64,000 bases of DNA from assembly GCA_963790475.1 (NCBI GenBank), contig CAWBOS010000010.1, forward strand, positions 960,001-1,024,000, read 5' to 3'. This document shows, piece by piece, positions 10,236 to 19,765 of this stretch. The stretch's first letter is position 1; the number at the start of each line of letters is the position of its first letter. Made by a program: the position numbers and the translations under genes. The notes under the pieces are model-generated. The model was not told the origin of the DNA. It did no database searches and saw only the letters and a list, made by a program, of their open reading frames with translations. The DNA is from an uncultured delta proteobacterium (GTDB lineage Bacteria > Desulfobacterota > RBG-13-43-22).

Positions 10236-10804
10236 AAATTAAATTTATCTAAATTTAAGCCGTTAAAGGGATCTGGACAGACTAGCCCACATCACTATTT
10301 CCAAAACGATACATTTCAATAAGAGGATATTAGTAAAGGGTTCAAGGGGATTTCTGTGATTTATGAGTAGGATTTTTGACTTGAAATTTCGGCCACCCGA
10401 CTCTAGCGCCTGGACCGGATTTGATTTTAAACCTCCAGCCTTAGAACAAAGAAAATAACAATGCGCATCCGGTCATGACATGACCGGCACCTATTGCTGG
10501 GATAAACAATAAATCAACAAATTACAATGTTTTTAGAGTTATTGATTTAACTTTCTTGGCATAGGAATACTAAATCCTTTCAGCTCCAAGGCATATTTAG
10601 ATTATAAGAATACGATTATTCATAATAACATTTTAATAAATAATTACAAATGCATACATTGTATTAGTAACGTATCATATTAGTAAATTAAATTAAACTC
10701 AATAAAACGTAATGTATTAAATTATATTAGTTGTGTATTGTACTGTTAATGAGTATAAAATATAAATTTAACCATATAACATTACAGCCCCAAAATATCT
10801 CCCA

Positions 10805-11122
10805 TCAAATCGGAGGCGCGATAACAGCAAGAGCCCGCATATCGGTCTTAGCCTGAATTCCATGGGGGTCACTGATATCACACACCAGGACATCTCCAGT
10901 TTCGGCCGGCAGCGTTTGGCCTTCCTTCGCCAAGAATAAACCGCTCCCCTCCAGAACGATGATGCTGACCTCCCCTTCTATATCATGGGAATGGATCGGC
11001 AGGGATTGTCCGGCCTTAAGGTTGAAATTCATTACTTTCATATAGGGGGATTCATGTACTAGAAAGGTCGAGAGGGCATTGTCTTTGAATTGGTTTTCTT
11101 TGAAAACGGCGATTTTTTTCAT
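10805..11122 (-). CDS. Cupin-domain protein
   Basis: PIHSHDIEGE and PHGI cupin motifs; GGAG RBS before ATG 11122. Confidence 0.85.
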   Translation of the reverse strand: MKKIAVFKENQFKDNALSTFLVHESPYMKVMNFNLKAGQSLPIHSHDIEGEVSIIVLEGSGLFLAKEGQTLPAETGDVLVCDISDPHGIQAKTDMRALAVIAPPI

Positions 11123-11220
11123 TGTGACATTCTCCTTTTCTTGATTTGGCCCGACCATATCAGGCAAGTCAGTTCTTAAGTTTGTCGCAAGTTCAAACTG
11201 TCTCCATCATTTAGTTGATT

Positions 11221-11900
11221 TAGAAACCCCCGCCCTAAGGGCGGGGTCATGTGGACTGGCTATGCCGGTCCCGAATGGGCTTGGCTGAAAGCCCACCCAC
11301 TGCTATTTTTTCCATCGAGTTGTTGCCGCAACATCGAAAGAAAGGAGATAGCAGTGAGTAGATTCCGAAAATTATCACATACCATATGGCATTGTCAGTA
11401 TCATATTGTCTGGGTTCCGAAATATCGCTATCAGATATTGGCTGGGAACATCGGGGAAACGATGGCCAGCGGGATCCAAGCGATTTGCGGGTATGCGGGT
11501 TGTGAAGTTAACGAGTTGAATGTTCAAAAGGATCATATTCATCTGGTAGCCATGGTTCCGCCCAAAGTATCGATATCGGACTTGATGGGGCGGGTCAAGG
11601 GTCAGACATCGATGAAAATGTTTAACCAGTATCGGCAGTTGCGGAAGAAGCCGTATTGGGGTAATCATTTTTGGACCCCGGGGTATTGTGTGGATACCGT
11701 TGGAATGGATGAGGAACTGATCCGGAAGTATGTCCGGTATCAAGAGGAAAAAGAAAAACAGTTCGAACAATTGCACTTGAATTTGTAGATCATCCATAAC
11801 GCGGCACAACTCGGAAGCCCTGCCTCCTCAGGGGGCAGGGCCATTGCCCCCCTATGGGGGGCCCAGTTAAAGCCACGCCCTATGGGCGTGGATTATTTAC
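11221..11900 (+). mobile_element. IS200-type insertion sequence (tnpA only, no tnpB)
   Basis: Left hairpin CCCCGCCC-TAA-GGGCGGGG (11228-11246), right hairpin CCACGCCC-TAT-GGGCGTGG (11873-11891) with two more hairpins, Y1 transposase between; exact ends approximate. Confidence 0.88.
11354..11788 (+). CDS. tnpA: IS200/IS605 family Y1 transposase TnpA
   Basis: YHIVWVPKYR, HUH motif DHIH, FWTPGY, catalytic Tyr in IRKYVRYQ; AAGGAG RBS before GTG 11354. Confidence 0.93.
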   Translation: MSRFRKLSHTIWHCQYHIVWVPKYRYQILAGNIGETMASGIQAICGYAGCEVNELNVQKDHIHLVAMVPPKVSISDLMGRVKGQTSMKMFNQYRQLRKKPYWGNHFWTPGYCVDTVGMDEELIRKYVRYQEEKEKQFEQLHLNL

Positions 11901-11914
11901 AAAACTCAAATTTT

Positions 11915-12202
11915 CTATTTGCCCACGACTGTCTCCTTTCCCTTGGTTGCTTCCTCTATCCCCTTCAGTTTCGCCCTCAAATCGGCCAAAGCCTTTTCCT
12001 GCTCGATGAGAATGGAGACCAGGATGGTTTCCAGGGGCCAGGGACGGGAGGCATAGACCCCGGCCTGGACGTGAAGGCGGGCCAGGTCAAACAGCCGGTC
12101 CAGAACCGCCTGATCTTCCCGACGCAGGCCGCGGCGGAATTTCTTCCAGTCCTGATATTCCCGCTCCAGAATCTGGCTGAAGGGCAAAACCGTCCGTCCC
12201 AT
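11915..12202 (-). CDS. Small helical protein, MGRTV-type (resembles PolB2-associated arCOG07300-like proteins)
   Basis: MGRTVLPF...WKKFRRGLRREDQAVLDRLF...PLETILVSIL; starts 2 nt after upstream stop; family call from memory. Confidence 0.7.
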   Translation of the reverse strand: MGRTVLPFSQILEREYQDWKKFRRGLRREDQAVLDRLFDLARLHVQAGVYASRPWPLETILVSILIEQEKALADLRAKLKGIEEATKGKETVVGK

Positions 12203-12204
12203 TG

Positions 12205-12795
12205 CTATCCCTTTCTTTCGGGAAGGAAAAGGGAAGGGTATAATTTCCCTTCCAGTCCCTGACCTCCCTGGCTGACCCGGATAACCCATTGGACGGATCT
12301 GGACAGCTCTCTTCCGAAATGCCGGTTTTTTACCTGCCGGGAAATGGGACCTTGAAAAAGATAACACCCCTGCCCTCTCTCTTTTAAGACAAGTAAAGAA
12401 CGAACCACCTGGCGAAAAAGGGTCTGCCTTTCCTTTAAAGGAACCTGTTCGTCATAGAACAGGATACCCGGTCCCAATACAAAAAGAGGACCTTCCGCCC
12501 TTTGGCCGGGAAGGGTCTCGCAGAGCAAGGTTGCCAATTGGTGGCAAGTGAAGGCCCGGCTGAGACGGATCCGTTCCAGAAGGGGACGCAAAGGGGTTTC
12601 TGATAACCGGCCTACTCTGGCCACCAGATAGGGATCAAAGGATTGGGCGGCATCCACCAGAGTGATCGATTTTCCCTGAAGCGATAACTGGCCCATCAGG
12701 TAAGCGGAAAGGCGGGCCATGGCTTCCCCGAAGAAAAGGATGCTGCCTCCGGAAAGGGCCAAAGACCGCATCTTTTGCCAAGGCAAAAAATCCAT
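12205..12795 (-). CDS. Inactivated RecA/RadA-fold protein (ImuA-like)
   Basis: VDAAQSFDPY...LERIRLSRAFTCHQL matches the Rad51/RadA core; no Walker A GxxxxGKT; directly downstream of lexA. Confidence 0.7.
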   Translation of the reverse strand: MDFLPWQKMRSLALSGGSILFFGEAMARLSAYLMGQLSLQGKSITLVDAAQSFDPYLVARVGRLSETPLRPLLERIRLSRAFTCHQLATLLCETLPGQRAEGPLFVLGPGILFYDEQVPLKERQTLFRQVVRSLLVLKERGQGCYLFQGPISRQVKNRHFGRELSRSVQWVIRVSQGGQGLEGKLYPSLFLPERKG

Positions 12796-12800
12796 CTCCC

Positions 12801-13412
12801 CTACCCTACTTCCACCGGGCGATAAATCCCAATGACTTTGCCCAGAATACTCATGGTCGTTATATCCCGGCCTTTCAGGATCAGGGGAGGAAATTCCGGG
12901 TGTTCCCCCCTTAAGATAACTTTATCTTTTTCTCGATAGAACCGTTTCAATGTGATTTCCTCACCAATCCGGAAAACCCCTACGGCCCCCTGAGAGAGAT
13001 GGTCCTGACGGCGGACGATGACCTGATCCCCGGTTAAAATATAAGGGCTCATGCTTTCTCCTTGTACCCGCAGGAGAAAAACCTCTGCTCCCCTGACCCA
13101 ATTTTCCGGAAGGGAAACATGTCCTTCGGCGGATTCTTCTATCTGCCGGGGATCGCCGGCCGGAATGGCCCCATACAGGGGAACGGTACGCATCGGCCCG
13201 GGAGAAGGGATCAGACGAAGCCCGCGGGAACGGTTAACTTCACGGCTCAGGTATCCTTTTCGAGTCAAGGCCTTCAGATGATCCTGAACCGTGCCCAGGT
13301 TGATCTTAAAAAACTTTGCCGTTTCCCGGAAAGAAGGAGGATAGCCGTGTTCCGTCTGGTAATCCCGGAGATACCCTAATATTTGTTTTTGACGATTGGT
13401 AAGGGACTGCAT
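12801..13412 (-). CDS. lexA: LexA repressor
   Basis: LTNRQKQIL...GYPPSFRE wHTH, Ala-Gly cleavage site IPAGDP, catalytic Ser (GESM) and Lys (TLKRF). Confidence 0.92.
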   Translation of the reverse strand: MQSLTNRQKQILGYLRDYQTEHGYPPSFRETAKFFKINLGTVQDHLKALTRKGYLSREVNRSRGLRLIPSPGPMRTVPLYGAIPAGDPRQIEESAEGHVSLPENWVRGAEVFLLRVQGESMSPYILTGDQVIVRRQDHLSQGAVGVFRIGEEITLKRFYREKDKVILRGEHPEFPPLILKGRDITTMSILGKVIGIYRPVEVG

Positions 13413-13427
13413 GGTAGTGAATCAAAT

Positions 13428-13451
13428 ACCATACATTTGTATGGTTGTCAA
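13428..13451 (-). promoter_or_regulatory. Candidate LexA operator palindrome abutting a TTGACA -35 element
   Basis: ACCATACA-TT-TGTATGGT perfect 8-bp arms (13428-13445); TTGACA on minus strand at 13446-13451; 15 nt upstream of lexA ATG. Confidence 0.7.
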
Positions 13452-13465
13452 TAAAAAAACGACCG

Positions 13466-13500
13466 ATTGGGCAATGGGCTATAGGCGATGGGCAATAGGT
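13466..13500. repeat. Five degenerate heptamer tandem units
   Basis: ATTGGGC AATGGGC TATAGGC GATGGGC AATAGGT. Confidence 0.7.
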
Positions 13501-13639
13501 TGTGAAAATTGATGAAATAAATTCTTGAACAAAAGAAATTAACTGTGTAGTAAAAAGACAGAGAGCCGGGCTGAGGACGGATGGGTTGAGGTAGTTTAAG
13601 CGGGTGGAGGATCTATTTGCAAAAAAAGAAAGGGGCCCA

Positions 13640-15067
13640 ATGCGCAATCTCACCTTGTTGACCGATATGTATGAATTGACCATGGTTGGCGGATATCTGA
13701 TCAACGGTAAGGAAAACCAAAGGGCCAACTTTGATTACTTCTTCCGCAAAATTCCGGATGAAGGAGGGTACTGTATTGCCGCCGGTCTTGAACAAGTAAT
13801 TGATTATATCAAGAATATTCGTTTCACCTCCGAGGACTTGGCGTACCTGGAAGGCCTGGGGGTCTTTCCTGAAAAGGTCTTCCGCTATCTGGAGCAATTC
13901 CACTTTACCGGTGATCTTTTCGCCGTGCCGGAAGGTACGATTATTTTCCCCCATGAACCGATCATCCGGGTTACGGCCCCCTTACCGGAGGCCCAGTTTA
14001 TTGAATCGGCCTTGCTTAATATTATGAATTTTCAAACCCTGATCGCCACCAAGGCTTCCAGGGTAAGCACGGCGGCGGAAGGAGATCCGGTTATCGAATT
14101 CGGTCTCCGGCGCGCCCATGGTCCGGATGCCGCCATTGGGGCTGCCCGGGCGGCTTTTATCGGCGGCGCCCAGGGCACCTCCAATATCCTGGCCGGAAAA
14201 TTGTTCGACATACCGGTCCGCGGGACGGTAGCCCATAGCTGGGTGGAATCTTTTCCTTCGGAGCTTGACGCCTTCAGGGCCTATTGCCGGGTTTATCCCA
14301 AGGATTGCCTGTTGTTGGTGGACACCTATGATACCCTGAAAAGCGGGGTACCCAACGCCATCAAGATAGGAAAGGAATTAAGGGACCAAGGAAAGGGAGA
14401 ATTAAAAGGGATTCGCCTCGACAGCGGAGATCTGGCCTACTTGAGCAAAGAAGCCAGAAAAATGTTGGACCGGGAAGGATTTGAAGGGGTCAAGATCTTC
14501 GCTTCCAGTGATCTGGATGAGTGGATTATTGAAAGTATCAAAAAGCAAGGAGGCCGGATTGATACCTGGGGGGTCGGGACTAAGCTGGTAACCGCCTATT
14601 CCACCCCGGCCCTGGGCGGCGTCTATAAGCTAACGGCCATCGAAGAAAAAGGACGGATGCAGCCCAAAATCAAACTATCGGACAATCCGGAAAAGATAAC
14701 CAATCCCGGATTGAAAAAAGTGATTCGATTTTTTGATGATTCGAATTTAATGCGCGGTGACATTATGTTTCTGGAAGAAGAGCTCCTGGAGGCTAAACCG
14801 TTACGGGGATACCATTCTGTTATCCCAAATATCAGCAAAGTATATCCCCTTCAATTCTCAAGGCAGGAGTTGTTGGTTCCGATTTTTCAAGGAGGCCGGC
14901 TGGTCTATCCCCTCCCCTCCTTGAAGGAAATCCAAGAAAACAGGCGGCGGAATTTGGATCAATTGGGTTTTGAATTTAAACGATTTAAGAATCCCCATAT
15001 TTATCATGTAAGCTTGAGCAAGCAATTGATGAAAACCAAAAAGGATCTGTTACGAGAAGTTATTTAG
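13640..15067 (+). CDS. pncB: Nicotinate phosphoribosyltransferase
   Basis: LLTDMYELTM, EFGLRRAHG, GTVAHSWV, LLVDTYD, GIRLDSGD, GGVYKL. Confidence 0.95.
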   Translation: MRNLTLLTDMYELTMVGGYLINGKENQRANFDYFFRKIPDEGGYCIAAGLEQVIDYIKNIRFTSEDLAYLEGLGVFPEKVFRYLEQFHFTGDLFAVPEGTIIFPHEPIIRVTAPLPEAQFIESALLNIMNFQTLIATKASRVSTAAEGDPVIEFGLRRAHGPDAAIGAARAAFIGGAQGTSNILAGKLFDIPVRGTVAHSWVESFPSELDAFRAYCRVYPKDCLLLVDTYDTLKSGVPNAIKIGKELRDQGKGELKGIRLDSGDLAYLSKEARKMLDREGFEGVKIFASSDLDEWIIESIKKQGGRIDTWGVGTKLVTAYSTPALGGVYKLTAIEEKGRMQPKIKLSDNPEKITNPGLKKVIRFFDDSNLMRGDIMFLEEELLEAKPLRGYHSVIPNISKVYPLQFSRQELLVPIFQGGRLVYPLPSLKEIQENRRRNLDQLGFEFKRFKNPHIYHVSLSKQLMKTKKDLLREVI

Positions 15068-15423
15068 GGTTCAATCATCTTCCTTCTCCCCTGCCCTTTC
15101 TTGAAAAATTTTCTTCGCTCTTTGGATACGGGTACATCTTTCTTTCGCCTGTCCAATACTTCTACAAGAAGGGGTAAAAGTAATGAACCCCCCGACAATA
15201 TGAAGACCAAAAGAATAGGGATCTTCTTCTCCAGGATGATAAATTGGGTTTTAACCAACAGAAGTTCACTCTTCGTCCAACCCCTCTGGGTTCCTTTCAT
15301 AAGCAGGGCAGTGAGGCCTTTGACGGAATCAATCTCTTTCAGAATCCTTTTCCGATATTTGACAAGAAGTTTTCTGAGAATTTCCCGGTCAAAAAGTTTG
15401 GCGTAGTTTATAAGCATCTTCAA
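15064..15423 (-). CDS. Small hypothetical membrane-associated protein (weak LETM1-like resemblance)
   Basis: 119-aa ORF with GWTKSE and hydrophobic IPILLVFILSGGSLLLPLL followed by basic tail; start uncertain. Confidence 0.5.
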   Translation of the reverse strand: MKMLINYAKLFDREILRKLLVKYRKRILKEIDSVKGLTALLMKGTQRGWTKSELLLVKTQFIILEKKIPILLVFILSGGSLLLPLLVEVLDRRKKDVPVSKERRKFFKKGQGRRKMIEP

Positions 15424-15541
15424 CCTTTATGGCTCAATAATATGAACCGGGGGCATGGTGAGGTGATTTAAACTTTGTTCATTTATCGTCACACCCAACC
15501 CAGGACCGACTAACGGGCCTGCTTCCTTTTCCCCTATAAAT

Positions 15542-15570
15542 AAAAAAACCCCTCTCGTGAGGAGGGGGTT
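15542..15570 (-). terminator. Intrinsic terminator after acyl-CoA dehydrogenase
   Basis: GC stem AACCCC...GGGGTT followed by T7 on minus strand. Confidence 0.6.
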
Positions 15571-15603
15571 CTCGATTGTTCATTTCAAGTCAAGCCAGCG
15601 CTG

Positions 15604-17425
15604 TTAGAAGGCCTCTGCCGGAATATCGACTGCCGAGGTGTCTTCCAGCTCCAGGGTGGCATGCCGGGAAAAGACATTGGGCAGGATATTCCGGCAGAAA
15701 TACTTTACCGTTTCTATTTTCCCGCGGTAGAAGAACCCATCGGCAGAATCGGCCTTAACGCCCTTCAACTGTTCCCGGGCCAGCAGTCCCTGTTCCAGCA
15801 GCAGGTTGGCCATAAGGGTTTCAGAGAAACAATCCAGGAAACGGGTGGCGGTCAAGGGAACCAGTCTGATCTTCTCTCCCCCAAAATACTGCATATACCG
15901 GGTTGGAAAATCATTGGTCTCCTGGGCCGCTCTGAGGAGGAGTTCAAAATCTTTTCCGAAATCCGGATCCCCTTTATGTTGATTGGCAAAGTCCATAATC
16001 CCCTGGATCCAGTCCTGATACACCTGACCGCCATTCAGGGTCAGCTTGCGGCCAAACAAGTCCTGGGCTTGTATGTAGTTGGTGCCTTCCCATATGGAAA
16101 CAATCTTGCAATCCCGGGCATATTGCTCTACCGGGAACTCTTGACAATATCCGACCCCGCCCAGAACCTGGATGGCATCCCGGATGAGCAGGTAGCCGAA
16201 GTCGGAAATATAGGCCTTGACCAGGGGGGTCAAAAGTTCCACCTGACTGAAGGCCTTATTCCGGGTGGCCTGGTCAGGGTCGTATTCCGAAATGTCGATC
16301 AGGTAGAAAAGCTTTCCGATCATGGCCCGCATGGCTTCCGTTCCAGACTTGAGGTTCATGAGCATGCGCCGCACATCTTCGTGTTGAATGATCGTTCACA
16401 GACGGCCCTCGACGATTGGTAAGCAGAGGCCCTTGAACCCTTTCTTTGGCGTATTGGCGGGCGGTGTCGTAGGCGGCGGCGGTCAATCCCAGGGTCTGAA
16501 CCCCGCAGCCCATCCGGGCCTCGTTCATCATCTCGAACATCTTGGCCATGCCACTGTGTGGTTGACCCAGCAGGATGCCTCGGCAACCCCCCTTTTCCCC
16601 AAAGATCAAGGAAGCAGTCGGAGAACCGTGAATGCCCATTTTATGCTCTATGCTGCTGCAAAAGACATCGTTAGGTTCTCCGAGGGTCCCATCGGGGTTG
16701 ACCCAGATCTTGGGTACGATAAATAAGGAGATTCCTTTGGTCCCCGGCGGGCCTCCTTCAACACGGGCCAGCACCAGATGAATGATATTATCGGCCAGGT
16801 CATGATTCCCGCAGGTGATAAAACATTTATTACCTTCAATTTTATAGATTCGAGGGTCTTTCGAGTTCGGATCGGGCACGGCCTTGGTTCGTGTGTTGCC
16901 CACATCAGACCCGGCATTGGGTTCGGTCAGACACATGGTCCCGGTCCAGACGCCGGTGTTCAGCTTTTCCAGAAACAGGGCCTTGTCTTCCTCGGTCCCG
17001 TGGTGCTCAATGACCCGGGCATTGGAAATACTGAGTCCCGGAAAAGTCATAAAGGCCATATTGGCGGCGATGAATAACTCATTGACCAATCCCGTAAGAA
17101 CGTTCGGAAGGCCTTGGCCCCCGAACTGCGGATTGCCGTTAAGGGAAATCCAGCTGTTTTCCGCCATTACCTTCCAACTTTGATGAAATGATTTGGGGAC
17201 CTTGACCTCTCCGTTGTCATAGGTACAGCCCTCCTTGTCCCCATCCTGATTGGTCGGGCCGATGACTTCCTTGCAGACCTTCATTGCCTCCTGAATGATC
17301 ATTTCAAAATCGTCCAAACTGAAATCCTTGAAAGCCTCATACTTTAAAAGATCGGCCATCTTCAGATGCTCGAAAAGAACAAACCTCAGGTCCCGATCAT
17401 CGCGATTAAAAAAATTTGTTCCCAT
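15604..17425 (-). pseudogene. Acyl-CoA dehydrogenase (~600 aa family) split by a +1 frameshift near 16396 (pseudogene or assembly indel)
   Basis: N-part GTMCLTEPNAGSDVG, EHKMGIHGSPT, MMNEARMG; after one extra A the frame continues TIIQHEDVRRMLM...QVLGGVGY...IWEGTNYIQA. Confidence 0.85.
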
Positions 17426-17613
17426 GAGATGCCCCCTATTAAATTATTAAATCAAAAATCTATTCTGGTTTCCGGGTTTCACCGGACCCCGACAGACTTT
17501 TGCGATGGTTCCGGTTTTTTTTACTATAAATAATCTAAGAATGGAAGAGAAGAATTAGAAAATATTAAAGAAAGCCCTTGAAGAATGGGTTAGAAACAGG
17601 ATAATATCAATCC

Positions 17614-19611
17614 ATGGAGCAAGCATTCAAACTGATTTCTGAATTCACTCCTAAAGGGGATCAGCCCCAGGCTATTGAACAGTTAGTTCAAGGGGTTGAA
17701 CAAGGATTGGAACACCAGGTCCTCCTGGGGGTCACCGGTTCGGGGAAGACCTTTACCATGGCCCAAGTCGTGGCCCGGGTCCAAAGACCGACCCTGGTTC
17801 TGGCTCCCAATAAGACCCTGGCCGCCCAGTTGTATGGTGAATTCAAATCTTTTTTTCCGGAAAATGCCGTTGAATATTTTGTCAGTTATTATGACTATTA
17901 TCAGCCTGAGGCCTATCTCCCCCAGACCGATACTTATATTGACAAGGATTCCTCCATTAACGAAGCCATCGATAAAATGCGGCACTCAGCCACCAGGTCT
18001 CTATTGACCCGTAAGGACTGCCTGATAGTAGCCAGCGTCTCCTGCATTTATGGTTTGGGATCTCCCGAAGCCTACCGGGGGATGCTCCTTTCTCTGCAAG
18101 AAAATCAGGAAATAGGCCGGGAAGATATTTTAAACCAACTGGTTTCCATGCTTTATGAACGAAACGACTTCGACTTCCACCGGGGTACCTTTCGGGTCCG
18201 GGGTGACGTCGTGGAAATCTTTCCCGCTTACGAAGAAGATCAAGCCCTGCGCATTTCCTTTTTTGGCGATTCCATTGAAAGCCTGTCCATGATCGATCCC
18301 TTACGGGGAAAAATAACCGGCCGGCTGCCACAAGTTCATCTCTTTCCCAACAGCCACTATGTAACCCCGGAAGCCACGATGGAACAGGCCTATCAAGCCA
18401 TTGAAGTCGAATTGGAAGAACGGATCGCCTTCTTTCGCTCCCGGGAGAAACTGATCGAGGCCCAGCGGATCGAAGAACGGACCCGGTTCGATCTGGAAAT
18501 GATGCAGGAACTTGGTTACTGCCACGGTATCGAAAACTATTCCCGTCACCTAACCGGCCGCCAACCCGGTCAACCTCCCCCTACCCTGCTGGAATATTTT
18601 CCCAGGGATTTTCTTCTTTTTATAGACGAAAGTCATCTGGCTGTTCCCCAGATCCGCGGCATGTACCGGGGAGACCGGTCCCGCAAACAGACCCTGGTTG
18701 ATTATGGATTCCGGCTTCCTTCGGCCCTCGATAACCGCCCCTTGAATTTTGAAGAATTTGAAAAACTGGTGCACCAGGTTATCTATGTCTCGGCTACCCC
18801 GGCCGAATTCGAACTGACGAAATCGGGAGGTCTGGTGGCCGAACAAATTATCCGTCCCACGGGCCTGATGGATCCCCTTATCCAGGTCTTCCCGGCGGAC
18901 AATCAGGTGGAGCATTTGAAAAAAGAGATCGAAAAGCGGGTCTCCCGGCAGGAACGGATTCTGGTCACCACCCTGACCAAACGTCTGGCCGAGAATCTCA
19001 CTGAATATTATCAGGAGTTAGGGATCAAGGTTCGTTATCTCCATTCCGATATCGACACCCTGGAACGGATCGAGATCCTGCGGGATTTACGTCTGGGGGC
19101 CTTTGATTGTCTGGTTGGAATCAATCTCCTGCGGGAGGGACTGGACCTGCCGGAGGTAAGCCTGGTGGCCATCCTGGATGCCGACAAGGAAGGTTTCTTA
19201 AGATCCACCCGTTCCCTGATCCAGACCTGCGGACGGGCCTCCCGAAATGTCTCCGGCGTGGTCTATTTCTATGCTAACCAGGTCACCCGTTCGATGCAGG
19301 AAGCTATACAGGAAACGGAAAAGCGCCGAGCCATCCAGATGGCCTACAATAGAAAAAATAAAATAACCCCCGCTTCAATAAAAAAATCGATTCAGGATAT
19401 TCTTTCATCGGTCTATGAGGCCGATTATGTGACCGTTCCCGTTGCCAAGGACAAACAAAAGGAATTCGTGGAACCCCAACAGGTCCCCCAACTGATCAAA
19501 CAACTCAGGAAAAGAATGAAAGATGCGGCCACTCGCCTGGATTTTGAGGAGGCCGCCGAACTTCGGGACCGGATCAAGGTGTTGCAGGAAGAGGAGTTGC
19601 TTTGGAAATGA
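17614..19611 (+). CDS. uvrB: Excinuclease ABC subunit B
   Basis: [26 protein letters not shown]-terminal UVR domain [11 protein letters not shown]. Confidence 0.98.
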   Translation: MEQAFKLISEFTPKGDQPQAIEQLVQGVEQGLEHQVLLGVTGSGKTFTMAQVVARVQRPTLVLAPNKTLAAQLYGEFKSFFPENAVEYFVSYYDYYQPEAYLPQTDTYIDKDSSINEAIDKMRHSATRSLLTRKDCLIVASVSCIYGLGSPEAYRGMLLSLQENQEIGREDILNQLVSMLYERNDFDFHRGTFRVRGDVVEIFPAYEEDQALRISFFGDSIESLSMIDPLRGKITGRLPQVHLFPNSHYVTPEATMEQAYQAIEVELEERIAFFRSREKLIEAQRIEERTRFDLEMMQELGYCHGIENYSRHLTGRQPGQPPPTLLEYFPRDFLLFIDESHLAVPQIRGMYRGDRSRKQTLVDYGFRLPSALDNRPLNFEEFEKLVHQVIYVSATPAEFELTKSGGLVAEQIIRPTGLMDPLIQVFPADNQVEHLKKEIEKRVSRQERILVTTLTKRLAENLTEYYQELGIKVRYLHSDIDTLERIEILRDLRLGAFDCLVGINLLREGLDLPEVSLVAILDADKEGFLRSTRSLIQTCGRASRNVSGVVYFYANQVTRSMQEAIQETEKRRAIQMAYNRKNKITPASIKKSIQDILSSVYEADYVTVPVAKDKQKEFVEPQQVPQLIKQLRKRMKDAATRLDFEEAAELRDRIKVLQEEELLWK

Positions 19612-19613
19612 GA

Positions 19614-19738
19614 ATTAGGCATGAGGCGAGAGGCAAAAGGCAAAAGGCAGGAGGAACGAGGCCTGGGTAGCCGCTGATGGAAAAACAGAAATATTTCTTT
19701 ATTGACCATCGCCTCATGGCTCACGCCTTACGCCTCTT
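19614..19738. repeat. Heptamer-periodic inverted repeat element between uvrB and rmuC
   Basis: Left arm ATTAGGC ATGAGGC GAGAGGC AAAAGGC AAAAGGC AGGAGGA ACGAGGC; right arm GCCTCAT GGCTCAC GCCTTAC GCCTCTT. Confidence 0.75.
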
Positions 19739-19765
19739 ACTTAATTCTGAAACAAGGAGAGAACA

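Noticed and set aside
10557-10572. TGGCA-containing site as a sigma54 promoter
   Set aside because: No TTGC at the -12 position and no downstream gene on that strand
11915-11940. AAGGAG-N6-GTG at the end of the small cassette gene as the start of a polB gene
   Set aside because: The GTG is in frame with the small ORF and stops after 3 codons; no polymerase sequence follows on either side of the IS
11789-12262. TnpB/omega-RNA system, or plus-strand ORF 11882-12262 as IS cargo
   Set aside because: The IS right-end hairpins follow tnpA directly; the ORF has no RuvC or zinc-finger motifs and is antisense to a better-supported gene
16380-16410. Programmed ribosomal frameshifting in the acyl-CoA dehydrogenase (also considered at 29653)
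   Set aside because: No slippery heptamer or stimulatory structure; an indel is simpler
15661-16422. Long antisense ORFs (also 48911-49573, 55535-56266, 30332-30976)
   Set aside because: Shadow frames opposite well-supported genes, with no recognisable motifs
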